Below, one piece after another: positions 14,585-30,785 of a stretch of 64,000 bases of DNA. This DNA comes from Eledone cirrhosa. Lineage: Eukaryota. The notes under the pieces were generated by a model. That model did not search any database. It saw only the letters and a list, made by a program, of their open reading frames with translations, and was not told the origin of the DNA. The position numbers and the translations under genes are program-made. The stretch is taken from the NCBI GenBank assembly GCA_964016885.1, contig OZ024740.1:130944001-131008000 (forward strand), written 5' to 3'. Each line of letters opens with the position of its first letter. Position 1 is the stretch's first letter.

Positions 14585-16623
14585 TTAGCTAAGAAAGTGT
14601 GTATATTTATGTGTGCGTCCGAGTGGATCTGCTGTTCAACTTTGGCTAAAATGAGGTAGAATTATATTTATCGGAAATATATGATGGTGCCTATGTCTGC
14701 CGGCTGGCAAAAAATCTCGTGACCTAAGACCACATGTCTATGGAATTGGCGTCACACCCTCTAGTGAGACACCCTAATCAGAGAAATAAGTATATATGTC
14801 GATAACGTCACAAATTATGTTAATTATATAAAAAAACTAATGAATATCTACTCGGTTTTTATTCTTCTTCTTCCCCTACATAATTCACGTATTCATGAGT
14901 GTTTCACACGGGCAGGATCCTCAAACACTCTTCCAGAGTGTTGTCTCAAAAGCAACCATCTCTGATGCGGCTGGATCCCCAAGCGTGACCAGCTAAGCCA
15001 TGGATGCTATCTAACATTCAAAGCATCGGACAACAGGAAAACGCCAAAGGAAGAGGGCAAATTAAATAAAAAAAATACATTTTATAAATAAGATCAGAAA
15101 AAAAATAAAATGGAGAGGGGAGGAGAACGAGTGATGATGGGTGTAATTGTTCCGGTGTGCAGTGATGGTGGTCACCATCAAGCGTGCAGACGTGTAGTTG
15201 GTGGATCGTTATTTGTGGGTGTATACGACGATACGTTTGTGCGTGTATGAGTGTTAAGTGTGATTTTGATGGAGGTGTATGTATAGATATGTATACACAT
15301 TCTTCACCGCGCGTTTACCCATACCCACACATGTATATGTGTACATATAGGTGCACGTGTATCTCCTGTGTAACCATGTGCATGTGTGAATGTTTGTATG
15401 TGTTTGGCAGGGATGAGATTATTCGTGTGGTTGCATGCATTGGTGTATGCCTGTGTGTGTTGGGAAGGGTTGGGGTGGGTTTTCGTAAATATTATGGTCC
15501 TTGATAGGTTTTCTTATTCAGGTTGGTAAATCGGAGGTGTATAGTGGCCGCATGTGGAGTGGAAGAGAAAGGAATTGTTGGTGAATGGTATCCACAGGAC
15601 ATGTATTTTTGTGTGTGTCTCAATGTGTAAGTGTGCATGTGGGAGATGATGGTGGCAGAGCACTTGGGGGGGGGGCAATGGGAGGAGTTGTTTGTTATGG
15701 TCATCGGTCAAATAGCTTGTAGGGGGGATTTTGAAGTTGTGAGTGGTAGGAAATGGAGTTGACAGATAAGAGCATGGGAGATGGAATAGGTGTTACATAA
15801 TGGGCACTGCCAATGCGAATGATACGTATATTGTGGCGGTGTCACTGGTGGTATTGATTTTGATGTTATTCGTGTTAAAGTTAACGGTGAGGATGGCGAT
15901 TAAGATAATGGAGTTGATGTGTTTGCGTTGGAGGTTGTTTATATGGCCTTTGTTGCCGTGGGGTACTGTTGATGATGCGTGTGCGCGCAGATGTACAAGC
16001 CCACATGCATATATCCGCAGGTATATATGGTGGAGTGAGTTAGCAAGGTTAATGGTTTTTAGTTGTAATATGTGCCGGTATTTTAGCTATATTTGTGAGA
16101 GCATAGTGAGTAATAGTAGTGCAAGGAGATGATGTGTTTGTACGGTGTCAACTTCATACAAATGTGTGTCTGTGTATGTGTTCGCTTGTTTGCGTGAGTG
16201 CGATTATGGAGAAGTGTTAGTGTAGCTATATGCAGGTGTATGTAAGTGAGTGTGTTGATGGAAGTGTTCGTGTGTCATTGGTGGTGGAAAGTGCGCAAAG
16301 GTACAAACACAAACACACAGACGCCGACACACACAAGCACGCAGACACACACAGACACACACACACACACACAGACATATATATACATATATGTGTGTGT
16401 ATGCACAGGTGTGTGTCTGGTGGGGTGAATTAGTAATGTTATATAGTTTTAGTTGAAATAGGTAGAAAAGTAGAAAATTTAGCGCGTATTGGGCGTTATT
16501 ATTGGGGCTTAGTGTGTATTAGTATTGTTAGCTGGCTGTGGGTTTACGGAATCAGCGCGTAGGTGTGCAGTGCATGTGTGTGTGCGTGTGAGTATGCAGT
16601 TACAGTGCTATGTTAGTATATAC

Positions 16624-18400
<1,777 letters not shown>

Positions 18401-21399
18401 GTATATATATATGTGTGTGTATGTGTGTGTAAGTTGAATTACCCAAAGCCATCGTAGTTGTCTCCTGGTGAGAAAAGGATGTAATAAAGTATACCAGAAA
18501 AGGAATAGCTTTATCAATAGTGTGTTAAGCATTCATCAGAAAATCAAGGGAGATAATAATCTGAGATGTGACAATCAGTGGCCTGTTAAATACCGTTTAT
18601 TTGTTTGTTTGGAACATTTTAACTATTGTATGTTTACATTCATTAAACCGGCTGAAACGTTTGTTTATTACCTTTGGCCCACTATTTATAATGTACAGAG
18701 TTTCGGTTATGCAAAGATCGTAACCACGCGAAAAAGATCAACTCACATAAAGTGGCGCTGCTCCGAGTTAGAATTAATCTTGTTATTGTGTGTTGTTTTA
18801 CGATGATATTTATAGGTTGGGTTGACTATCTGGGGAAATAGGTGGCATATTGTATGCTATGTCTATTAATATGTTTCTCTAAATTATTTCCGTAATATTC
18901 GGGGGCAGTTGAAGCTTCACTCACGTTTGGGCGATGTTTAATCTTCGTAATGTTATTGTTTATCTTGGCTATGTTTTGGGGCTAGATAATTAGTGTTGGA
19001 GTATGATAGCTTATCAATGCACCTATTAAATCCGTTTTGTACTTATGTGATTTGGGGAAGCATTTATCTAGTGCATAGAATACAAGTCAAGCGATGCTAC
19101 CTTTAAGCCCCAGGGACCGGATGAGTGATGTCATAGGACAGAATGCGAGCCTGCCTTATTCTGTCGTGGTCTTCATTCATTCAGTGCTATATACTTAATG
19201 GTGTGTTTCCTACTTATGTGGCTTAAATGATGTGGAGGAAGGCGTTTTATTTATCGTTGTCACTAGTTCTAATGGCTTAAATAAGTCTAAAACTATGTCG
19301 CCGGGGTAAAAAAATAACACGATACTACTGGTATCCTACGTGCAATTAGGAGAAGAATCTATAATCCAACAATGTCCGTAACGGGGCAGAATTTTTAGTG
19401 CTCATTGAAATGTCATACATATGAGTCTGTTCTCCCATATCCAAAGTTCATCATTAAATTTCATAATAGTTTCTCTAGCTATGTGTATTACTTTCTCCGT
19501 ATACCAGAGCCTTATTAAGGAAGATAGGTGAAGTTGAAAATACTAATTTCTTATGTCTAACATTATGGAATACATTTTCTCTCTCTCTGTTTTATATTAG
19601 TAAGCCACCCAAAGTTCTTATTAATTCCAGTCCACATTTTAAGCTGAGTCCTCCGCTTCAGTATAGGAATGATTCCATTGAGTATACTTTTTCTTATAAT
19701 CCGGACATCAGATTTGGAAAGTTCAATTGGTTTAAGCGGTAATTCATATTGGAAATTAAATTTGTGATCCGTAATGTTTATTCTTAGTGTCCTGGGTATG
19801 TACGTTTCCGTTCGGTTTTCAATTGCCATTCTTGTTACTATATTGATTGTTACCTTATTTACTAATTTGAGATCATCATAGGCTGTTTTCCACTAGTTCT
19901 GTTTTAAATCATTATATGTTCTCTTCTCCAATCAATACAGGTTATTCGTTTTGTCCGAATGCACTAGAATTCTGTTCGTTTTCTTCATGCTTTAATGATA
20001 TAGATTTATTAAAGGTTACCATCTCAGTTACCGCTACTATAGGTAGAAACGCTCAAAGATAATAGGAGCACCATATTTGTCCAAGTAAAAAATGCTGTTT
20101 GATTAATTAATCTTAAGCATTTCACGACATGGGGAACTAAAGATATTGCCAATAATGTATCAGATGGATTGGTAATATTATAAAGAATAGATTCGATTTA
20201 ATGTATACATCCAGTGCTTATTGTTTTATGTTATAAGCATTTCGAAGACAACAAAGTGATTACGTAATAACCGTTTGGTTTATTGTCATCAGACATATAT
20301 GTAAGTGTGATTTTCATTTTTTTTTTTTTGTTTTTGTTATGCCCGTCGTAGTGTGAAACACGATGTTAGCACTCCGGAGGAGAAAATACAAATTATAAAT
20401 GTAAAAGTTCTAATTCTCTATAGATGCATACTAGCATAAATATATTTAACGCATTTTTTTCAGCCTGGAATGGTAATAATATACAAAATTAATACCGTAC
20501 AATACCTTTTTATAAATAAGACTCTAACGTATCGTTAGTTGGCGAAATGCATTAGTTTATTTCATAATGTGCACTCATATACGTAATGATTCGACCAGAC
20601 GAAATAACAGTTGAGTATCACTATCGTCATACTTTGGCGTATAATAAAGATTAATCTATGTGTATTGTGACAAGGAAAAATGCCAATGAAATACATTACA
20701 ACCGGAAGATGTTTGTTTAAATCTAAATTGTTGACAAATAAATGAAAATGTATGTAACTAATGGAAAATAAACAGCAACGTATACCATTTAAGACATGCG
20801 AAATAATAGATGTGTTAATTGCTAAAAATACATAGATAAATATTATATCTTCAAACTTTATTCCTCAATAATGTACGATAAAACATATTTCTCATAAGAG
20901 ATTCTGTTATATAATCCTTTCCCAAATGTATAGTAAATTTCTAGAAATAAGAGCAGTTTCACAAAGGATCTTCCTTTAGTGCGTCAATAACTATGTTTAA
21001 AGATGTTGAGATCAACGTGGTGCTTTCGTTAATAATAATGAAAAGAGTAGTATCTCTGAGTCATCAATCTCTGAAACTTAATTAAGTTCACATAACAGAA
21101 TACGAAGTCTCCAAACAGAACTCATAACGAAAAAGGCTTAATCATATCACACAAGTTTTGCAAATCTAATTAAAATACTTCAATAAAGTATTCATATTTT
21201 TCTAGTGAAAGAAGCTATTCATGTAACTGAAAACGCCAGAAAACATAATTATGATTGAAGCTAAAACGGAAGATACACAGTACAGAATATTGCAAAGAAA
21301 GAACATTTTTTTTTTCATTTACTCTATTTTACATCAGCTCCCACTGCAGTAAATATATTTTATCAGCAATCGATTTGAGATCTCAGCTATTACAACACG

Positions 21400-22120
21400 C
21401 TCCAGTGTATCGTCCCATCTTGAAATCCAGACTAGAATTGATGCTCCAAGTAATATAGCTATACATTTGGCACATTATGTTAGTGAAAATATCCATTACC
21501 TTGTCGCTGCAGCCACCAAGATAATCTGGATGCTGATGTATCCACTTCAGTCCTGGAGAATTGCTTACGTTTACTCCTGGCACAGTGTTTGATACTTTCA
21601 GATCTTCGGACGTCATTTACTCAAATGCTTCTGCCATATAAAAAAAAGAGTTATTTTCTGCTTCGCTCTCCCAGCTCACAAATATTAATTATGTTCTGAT
21701 ATTCTATATCAAATGTCAACCAGATACTGGATGTTGATATACACCCGTTCCATTCAACCCACTGAACCAGCATTCTATATGTTCATCTCATATAGCACGC
21801 GATATTTTAATCTATATTTCTGGTTTCTACTTTCATAATTCCATCCCCTATTGCCTTCCCCCAAACCTGTCAGCTCAACAACTGAGGCATTTCTTAGAAC
21901 GTCAGACCACAGCTTTGGTCTAGGTCTTTGCATTAATATCGTAATATGGTTTGAATTTTTGAGCGATTTCCATCAAATATTCTAGTACCTTCTTGTGATT
22001 AGCATCTTGCAAATATATGCATGATAGCTTTCCTTTAATACCATCCTGATTTGCCAGCTGTCATTAACCTTGATGAAGCAAAGGGTATATAGTCGTGCAT
22101 GAATTTTGCATAATTCTGAA
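21400..22120 (-). pseudogene. Highly degenerate CR1/L2-group RT remnant
   Basis: Minus strand ggtattaaaggaaagcta (GIKGKL) and a PQ-like motif downstream; no intact frame. Confidence 0.35.
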
Positions 22121-23699
22121 TCGACATTTCTGTAATATCGTAGAGAAGAGATTCAACTCGTGGCTATTTCTAGAAGCATACATTTCAAATGATGACGATC
22201 ATGTTGTCAGATTATGTTACAATGATCCATGTATTCTGAAAGGTTTAAATACAGCGCAGGGAAATTTCAATCCATGAATAACGATTGATAGAACAGCAAT
22301 ACGTCAAATCGGAAAACAAAGCACCCAATACTGATACGTGTAAGTATACGATTTAATTGATAGTATTCATACTTTGAAAACAGGCACGTAGCTGAAAATG
22401 AATAAACATCGCATAGAAAGAAAATACATGTTAAAACCAAAAGTAACACAAATAAACATCGTATAACTCTGCAGAAACTGAATAAAAATAAAATACGAAG
22501 ATACGCATTTTCGATTTTAGATGTATGTGTGCACATAGGCACACCTTTTGACAAATGATCGACCTGATAGAATGTGCAGTTTTTAATGGAGGGCTAGAGT
22601 TAACCGATCAACGGACACAAAATTGAAAAGGCATGACTTGTAACGTGAGGAATATGTTCTGATTCTATATTAATATTTTCAGGAAGTACTGTTACATTTA
22701 AAATCTGGGAGGAAAATATACCATAACCTTTTATTACTCGAAACAATTAAAACATTAATCAAACGAAGGTATATACTCAAAATGTAGGAAAAACAATTAC
22801 CAGATATTGAAATTGAACCACTAAAATAATGAATACACTATGAAATCGTAATTGTCAAATGCCAAAAAAAAAAAATGACATGAAACTACGAATAATTTAA
22901 AGCTTTGAAAATGGAAACATGTCCTAAGAAAGTAAATAAACAGCAAATCGGAATAAAACCAACATTATAAGTCATAGAAGTCTAATATAAAAAAATACTA
23001 GTGAATTTGGCATAAATACCACGGCAAAATATTTACCATGTGAACGATCTTTGCCTGTGGACTTCAGATGATAGGTAACATGGAACCCTGCTGCATACGA
23101 TACATGGATTCACGAAAGAACTATGCGTGGAATTTGGATTAGCCTCGTGCGCCAACGCACATCTGAGCAAAGAAAAACGCCAATACCACGCTGGATATAG
23201 GGTAATTCGACGAATCACAAACGTGAACATACATATCTATCAATGAACTAAACATTGTTGGAAACGCCCTTATATCAGAAGAAATTACAATGGTAAAATA
23301 TAGAGGGATTCAATGAATACCTAAAATAGAAGAAAATACAAAGTATTTGGTAATATGAATCACTGCTCAAACCTTCCTAGTAATAAGGTACAGCTTTATT
23401 ATTCTGAAGTAGAGCAGAATACAATAAAAGGAGAAAAGCATGACTGCATTCAAAATACAGCACCCTAAATTTGATATAGAAACTGTTTACCTCCACAGGG
23501 AGTCGAAATCCTTATAGAAATCGAAAACAATTAGTAAATGATCTAATGAAGAATATGTGAAAAATAATACAAATGATCACGGAACATGAATAATATATAA
23601 TCATTCTATTTACTGTCTTCAAAGAACACAAGAAATTCAAACGACTAGCAGTTCTATCAGATAATTATGAAGGGCATTAAAAAAAGGGAGAACATATAA

Positions 23700-24570
23700 T
23701 AACAAATAAATTTTGAAAAATCAGAATTTAAAAAATATCCGCATTGTCATTATAAATCGATGACAGGAAAGCGCCTGCATAAGCCAATGCCCGCACTAAC
23801 AGGATAGGAAGGAAGTAGAAAGTGAAATTCACAAAACGTGCTGAGAAGCTGTAAACTAAAATGAAATTGAATTTCAACACATGATCTAAGATACCCCACC
23901 GTAAACCAGCAAATTTCATAATGATGCACAGTACAGTGATATGTGGAGTTGGGTAGAAGACGATAAAGCAATTATATATTTGGCTGCACAGTCTTACCCA
24001 AAATAAGATGTGTATATAAAAAATCTAGAAGAGACGGAATTTACAATCTCTCAGAATTGTGCTAAAACTAAGAACTACCAATAGAAAAATGGTGATAGAC
24101 ACATATACCAAAAAAGATTGTAGTTGAGAATAACAAAGCAACCACACTCAGGGATATCAAAATAAGCAGACGGAAATATATAAACAAACGATATTGATAA
24201 ATCATCCAAATATAAATATATTGAGATAAAACCCTTGCGGTATATAGTTATGACCCTTTACGTTCTGAGTTCAAATCCCGCCGAGGTTTCCTTTGCCTTT
24301 CATCCTTACGGGGTTGCTAAAACAAAGTAACAATAACGTATTGTGGTTGATTTAATTGACTTTCCCCTTCCCCAAAATTGTCGGCATTTTGCCTGAATCA
24401 GAAAACATTATGAAACAGATACCATCCCTATATTATTAGGTGCTTTGGGAGGGATGCAAACAATACAGACTGGTACATAACGAAAAACTAGACTTACAAA
24501 TATACACGGCAGAGAGAAAATAGCAATATTAGGAACTGTAAACAGAAGAGAAAAATATTCTCACTACAAT
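23700..24570 (+). pseudogene. Degenerate Dong/R4-like LINE 3' region interrupted by a SINE
   Basis: Remnants VENNKAT, (T)IP.IIGALG and KIAILGT parallel the RLE end of the 42.7-43.3 kb element. The 5' extent is uncertain. Confidence 0.55.
24235..24410 (+). mobile_element. tRNA-type SINE
   Basis: B box GTTCAAATCC followed by the family core gcctttcatccttacgggg. Confidence 0.75.
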
Positions 24571-24773
24571 TGAAACCAGCAATACAAAAGTGAACACTGC
24601 ACATACAAAAGGAAATTACATCATTGCTCGTTTATGCAGTGAATGCGGAAAATATCGGAGGGGAAATATGTAAATATATGTGTGTCTCTACCCAGCTCTA
24701 TATATCATTGTAATGTGCATCATTATGTAATTTGCTGCTTTACAGTAGGGTATCTTAGATCATGTGTTTAAAT

Positions 24774-25371
24774 TTGCAAGGTTCGCAATGTATTCGTTGG
24801 TAATAGATTACATGCGAATGTTGTAAGAAATGTTCACCCATCAGAATAATTGTTTGATTAAGACTATTCAACAGAATTCGTAATATAATCGGCTTGTCTC
24901 CACACAGCCTCGGCGGACAGAATAGAGAATGCGTTTCCCAGGAGGGCTGCAAAGGAGATGTGCTGGAAAAGCCACTCCAACTCACGGGGCTCACACCTGC
25001 AGCTGATCAGCTCAGCGCCTATAATGGGACTATTAAGTATTATTAATCTTGTTTTTGTTTCTTTGCACTTCTCGACTGTCTCATTCCCCATACGATATGG
25101 TTTTGGTGCCTCAATATGTATAGCTCCAACTTTATTGTAGTGGCTTCTGATATATATATTTACATGAACATTGGACATGTCTCCGAAGCCACTACAATAA
25201 TGTTGGAGCTATAAATATTAAGGTACCAAAACCGTATCTTATCGGGAATGAGAGAGTCGAGATTAAGTGCAAATATGTGAAAGAAGCAAAAACAAGATTA
25301 CTAATATTTAATAGTCCCATTATAATTCGCATGTTATCTATTATCAACGAATACATTGCGAACCTTGCAAA
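24774..25371. repeat. Fold-back element containing a CRE-like fragment (24893-25020, minus)
   Basis: Arms 24774-24820/25325-25371 and 25020-25150/25180-25325. The internal fragment encodes CEPRELEWLFQ..GNAFSILSA as at 10.75-10.84 kb. Confidence 0.75.
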
Positions 25372-25495
25372 TTCTAATACACAGATATCTAAATACTTCC
25401 ACTCCGATAGTTTCCGTATTTACTGCATAATCAAGCACCGGTGTAGTTTTTTCTATTTAATTTGTAGTTCCTAATATTGGTATTTTTTCTCTGCC

Positions 25496-25540
<45 letters not shown>

Positions 25541-25560
25541 AGTGTGTATATACGTCTGCC

Positions 25561-25624
<64 letters not shown>

Positions 25625-25633
25625 GCCGTGTGT

Positions 25634-25692
<59 letters not shown>

Positions 25693-25856
25693 TGTGTGTG
25701 TGTGTGTATGTGTGTCGGAAGTTAAGTTTAAAACCCGAATTAACAACAAGCAAGGAAGTGGGGAAAGAACGGAGGTCACAACAATAAATTAATATGAATT
25801 AAAATTGTCGAAAGGGGCTGTGTGGTTAATAATAAATATTATTTAGAAAACATAAG

Positions 25857-26253
25857 AGAAACACAAACATAAGGACAGTTTGCAGTCATTGGCTGTCTGC
25901 TGTGGGTCACTGATGTTTCGACGCATTAAATACAGTACATCACACCACAGTGCGTTGATAACTAAGAGGAATAGTTATCCCGAAAGAAAACAACAAAAAA
26001 CAATTAAAAGGAAGCGACGATAGCGAAGTGAACGACAAAAAATAAAATAATCAAAATAATACCAGACTGATGGAGGGGAAAACACGAGACAGTAGTACAT
26101 GTACATGCAGTAATCAGTTAAAAAGGAGACCCTACGTAGATAACTCTCCTCTTCGTTTACAACGTACTGTGGTGAGATGTACTATTTTTAATGCATTGAA
26201 ACATCAGCCACCCATAGGAGACAGCCAATCTGCGGGAACTGTCCTCATGTTGG
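25857..26253. repeat. Imperfect ~115 bp inverted repeats, MITE-like
   Basis: 25857-25979 is approximately the reverse complement of 26140-26253. Confidence 0.7.
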
Positions 26254-27429
26254 GTGTTTCTCTTACATTTTCTAAATAATATTTATATATATATATACCT
26301 GCATATGAAAATTGGATATGTTTATACACATATATATAAATGTATGTGTGTGTGTGTGTTAATGTGTGTGTGTTTGTGTGTATGTGTATTTGTTTGTGGG
26401 AATGTTTGTGTCTGTATATATAGATATAGGTATATATTTTCTCAAATCGATCTTAATATATTTATATTTCCTTTGCATTGCTTATATTACATTCATAGAA
26501 TTTATATCTTTAAAACTCTGTTGGATATAATTGAAATTAATGCAGGAAAGAGAGACTCTTGTTATTTTATCCGATCAACACTAAATGGAATTTTCAGTTT
26601 TTACGTAGAGAGCCATTAACATATAGGTTTATATCATATATTCTGAGTTAAACAATAGGACATATACTAAAAGTTGTTGATGATCCTCTTTATATTAACA
26701 TTAATATTTATTTGTACATCGGTTGAAATCTAATCTATTTTAGAATGCAATAAATAAGCAACATATACTATTCGTTAATTTAGATTATGCTCTCTCAATT
26801 ATACATGTAGAAATGTGCATGCATATATTGAAATCGAAATACATAATTATAGACGGCATGAATACCATATACTCAGAGTGTATTTAGGTCACATATTTAA
26901 TTATATTCCCAGTTAGTTCTGATTAATATAGATTCAATATTTTATATGTATCATCACAGAAAGATCTAATGCATTGTATACATGTTTTCTAATTTTGGTA
27001 CGGGGCTAGTAATGCTTGGAGGGAGGAAAATCCGCTATCACCGATAGCACTAATTGATTGCTATGTAAATATAATATCACGCGGAGGAGACGCGAAGTTC
27101 ACATCAGTGAAATTTGAGTTCAGATGATTATAAATCGTGTCTTATAAAGTAGGCCCTTCGTCATAGCGAGACACCGTATAAATCTACATATAACATGATC
27201 CACTTTCTGTTTATACAATGTGAGATACACCATATTTCATTAATACTTCATTATTATTTTGTGTTTAACTGTAATAGGATGTTAGGTGAAACATTAACAA
27301 CCTATTTTTTTTATGTATCCTGAAATATTGAAAGCAAATGAATACGAGTTATTGATGCTCATGACATTATGGTCGGTATTGTTTTTTTCAAAATATTGTG
27401 TCTATCGATGAAAATATTAAGGAGTACAG

Positions 27430-27482
27430 TTCTTCTTCTACTACTACTACTACTACTACTTCTACTGCTGCTGCTGCTGCTG

Positions 27483-27536
<54 letters not shown>

Positions 27537-28900
27537 ATGCTGCTACCACTACTACTAATGCAACTGCTACTTATTCTTCGTCTGCTTATTTGTGAGAGGC
27601 TAGTGGTCTCAAATTACTGAAAAGCTCTTTCCGGCGAGTCCTGTCAGAAGGACTCTACCAGATCCGACTCTGGATCTCACAGTGAGATCAGACAAGCTCA
27701 TGGATATTTTCCAAACATCTTGCTCGGAGCCTATATTTGTGTCGGTTGATTTTGCCCGTAAAATATTTCCAGCGACCCTTTCCAGTGATATTCTAAACCT
27801 CTTCCCATACTATCGTAGTTGCGAACTCTAAAATCAGAGAAGTAGTGGTTCTAACCACTATGTCGTCTATCAATTGACGTTACTCCAACGACCCTTCAAA
27901 GGTACCCCATTTCGACCGCTTCTACTTGTCATCGCATTCTTTCGGTCATTACTCAAAATTCATGACCATATATAAGAGTTGGCCCAAAAACCAAATTGAA
28001 GTCAGCAACTTTGGTTTTACGCCTACATACTATCTGATTACTGAAAGCTAAACCTTTAGCATTACTGGAATAGCACAAGTAATTATTGCACAAAATTCAG
28101 CTTCCAATCTCCTACCACCCGTGAACATGGCCCAGAGATACTTGACCCTCCTTCCATGTTTCAGTGGAATTCAATGCACATGTAAAGTACACTGTGCAGG
28201 TTTCCTTGAGAGGGGGAATGTCTCACATTTCCCAGCCTGAACATTCATTCCATCCATGCAGTACTTGGCATCAAATATATAGAGTGCAAATCGCAGATCA
28301 CACTCTGTCTAGTTAGGTAACACCATGCCGTCTGCAAAATCCTGCGGACTGATTATACACTCGTCTATCATGATACCATTTCTAACCCGGCTGCATATGA
28401 CAATCCTTTTCATGTAAATAATGAACAGAAGAGGTGAGAGTCCTCACCCTTAGCGGTCTCCAAATCCCACATTGTATGGTTTCGATTTAACACTAATTAT
28501 CCGAAAACAAATACACAAGAATTCGTATTAAGACATCAGGGCAACAAGAAGCTGACGAGTGTTGCCATATCCCACAGCGGTTCCGAACGAACGTGGTCAT
28601 ATGCATTTTCATGGTCTACAAAATGAGGATATACCACTTGGGAATACACCCAGGATTTCTTGAGGATCTGAAGCAGTGTTAATATTAAGTCACATGTGCT
28701 GCGTCCCGGATGAAATCGGCATCGTTCATCAATTAACTTGGATTTAACAATCTCCCTGCATGTCCTTGCAAGACAAATAGCATAGCCTTTACCGGAGAGT
28801 CTTACCTAAGAGATCCTTCTTTAACTGGAACAATCTCGCTTGCCCTCATTTTTTAAAATTAGGTTTTATCACTCTCAATATTCATTACTTATGTGCATTT
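27430..28900 (-). pseudogene. Degenerate RTE-clade LINE RT region with a (TAG/CAG)n tail
   Basis: Minus strand PGRST, YDHV, LSPLLFIIYM and FAD motifs; trinucleotide tract 27430-27570 at the 3' end. Confidence 0.7.
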
Positions 28901-29149
28901 CAAGGGATGCAGGTCAAGCGGCACACATGATGCCTTCTCTGGCTAGATATAACTGGCGATAAATCTTACAAATAAAATTATTAATTGAAGCTGGTTATCT
29001 TTGTATGTGGTATAACATACCGTAAATACACCATGAGTCATAAAATGGGTGTGGATAAGAAACATCAACAGCAACAGCCACACATATCAATGTAAACGAT
29101 AGGGAGGAACCTGGCAATTCACTTGATCTACAGCAAAAAATAATTAATA

Positions 29150-29497
29150 ATTGTTTCTACTTTTGGCACAAGGCCAACAATTAACCAGTGTATTACTGGT
29201 ACTTTATTTTATCGACCCCGTAAGCATGAAAGGCAAAGTTAACCTCGGCGGGATTTGAACTCAGAATGGCAAGATCAAACAAGAACTAATAATTGTTTCT
29301 ACTTTAGGCACAAGGCCAGCAATTACCCAGTGCATTATTGGTACTTTATTTTATCGACCCCGTAAGGATGAAATGCAAAGTCAACCTCGGCAGGAATTGA
29401 ACTCAGATCGTAAAGGGACGTAACTCTGCTGGAAAGCATGGCGTCCGACCCTCTACCGATACTGCCAATTCACCACCCTTTAACAAGAACTAATAAT
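29150..29497 (-). mobile_element. Two adjacent SINEs; the second (29294-29481) is near full-length with a 16 bp TSD
   Basis: TSD aacaagaactaataat at 29278-29293 and 29482-29497; B box on the minus strand. Confidence 0.9.
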
Positions 29498-29571
29498 GAC
29501 GTATATATATATATACGTGGGAAAGTAAAAAATCGGAGAATAGACCGTTAAAACATGTTTATTTAAAATAT

Positions 29572-29611
29572 CACCTACGTACGTTTCGCCCAGTTGGGCT
29601 TCTCAAAGGCA
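29572..29611 (-). ncRNA. Minimal HHR-like motif, family C (U3-A8)
   Basis: Reverse complement: TGCCT TTGAGAA GCCCA-AC-TGGGC GAAA CGTACG TA GGTG. Stem I register is off by one nucleotide. Confidence 0.6.
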
Positions 29612-29997
29612 TAAATAATCACAAGAGTTCCTTATATTGCTCGGAAAGAGTTTTGGGGGTTAAATCCACACCAAGGTACATTGCTCGCAAAAATATCTTG
29701 TTTTGATTTTGCAGCAGGTCAAGGGAGGTAACTCTGGCCGGTGTTAGGCAGTCTTTCCCGGACAATTTATTTATTTTTTTTTTTTGCCGCATCCGTTTGT
29801 CTGAGGCATATACTACTTGGCAAATAACTATATGTATCACCTATCCCCCCTTTTTTTCTCTTTCTCGATACGTAAATACTATATAAATATATATATATAT
29901 ATACCCGCACATGCACACACGCACATACTCACACCCGCAAATAGACATATATCCCTATCTCTATCTATCTATATATCTAATAATATACATATATACA

Positions 29998-30623
<626 letters not shown>

Positions 30624-30785
30624 CTTGATTCTGTATTCCGTTTATCTTTCACCGAAAGTGATTTTTCATTGCATCTCTTCTTTCCATGATATCCGGATTA
30701 CATTGAGTTCTTCATACGGATTGGACACTACCGTAAACTCTTGGTAGATTTATCTACACACATATATATATATATATAACTATAT

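Noticed and set aside
14895-14940. TTGAGGA...GAAAC on the minus strand
   Set aside because: Core mismatch and no stem II.
18480-20000. Possible old LINE RT (KPQGPD-like at ~19105)
   Set aside because: Only one loose motif; too degenerate to support a call.
24255-24290. tRNA gene
   Set aside because: The B box belongs to a SINE head and no cloverleaf can be formed.
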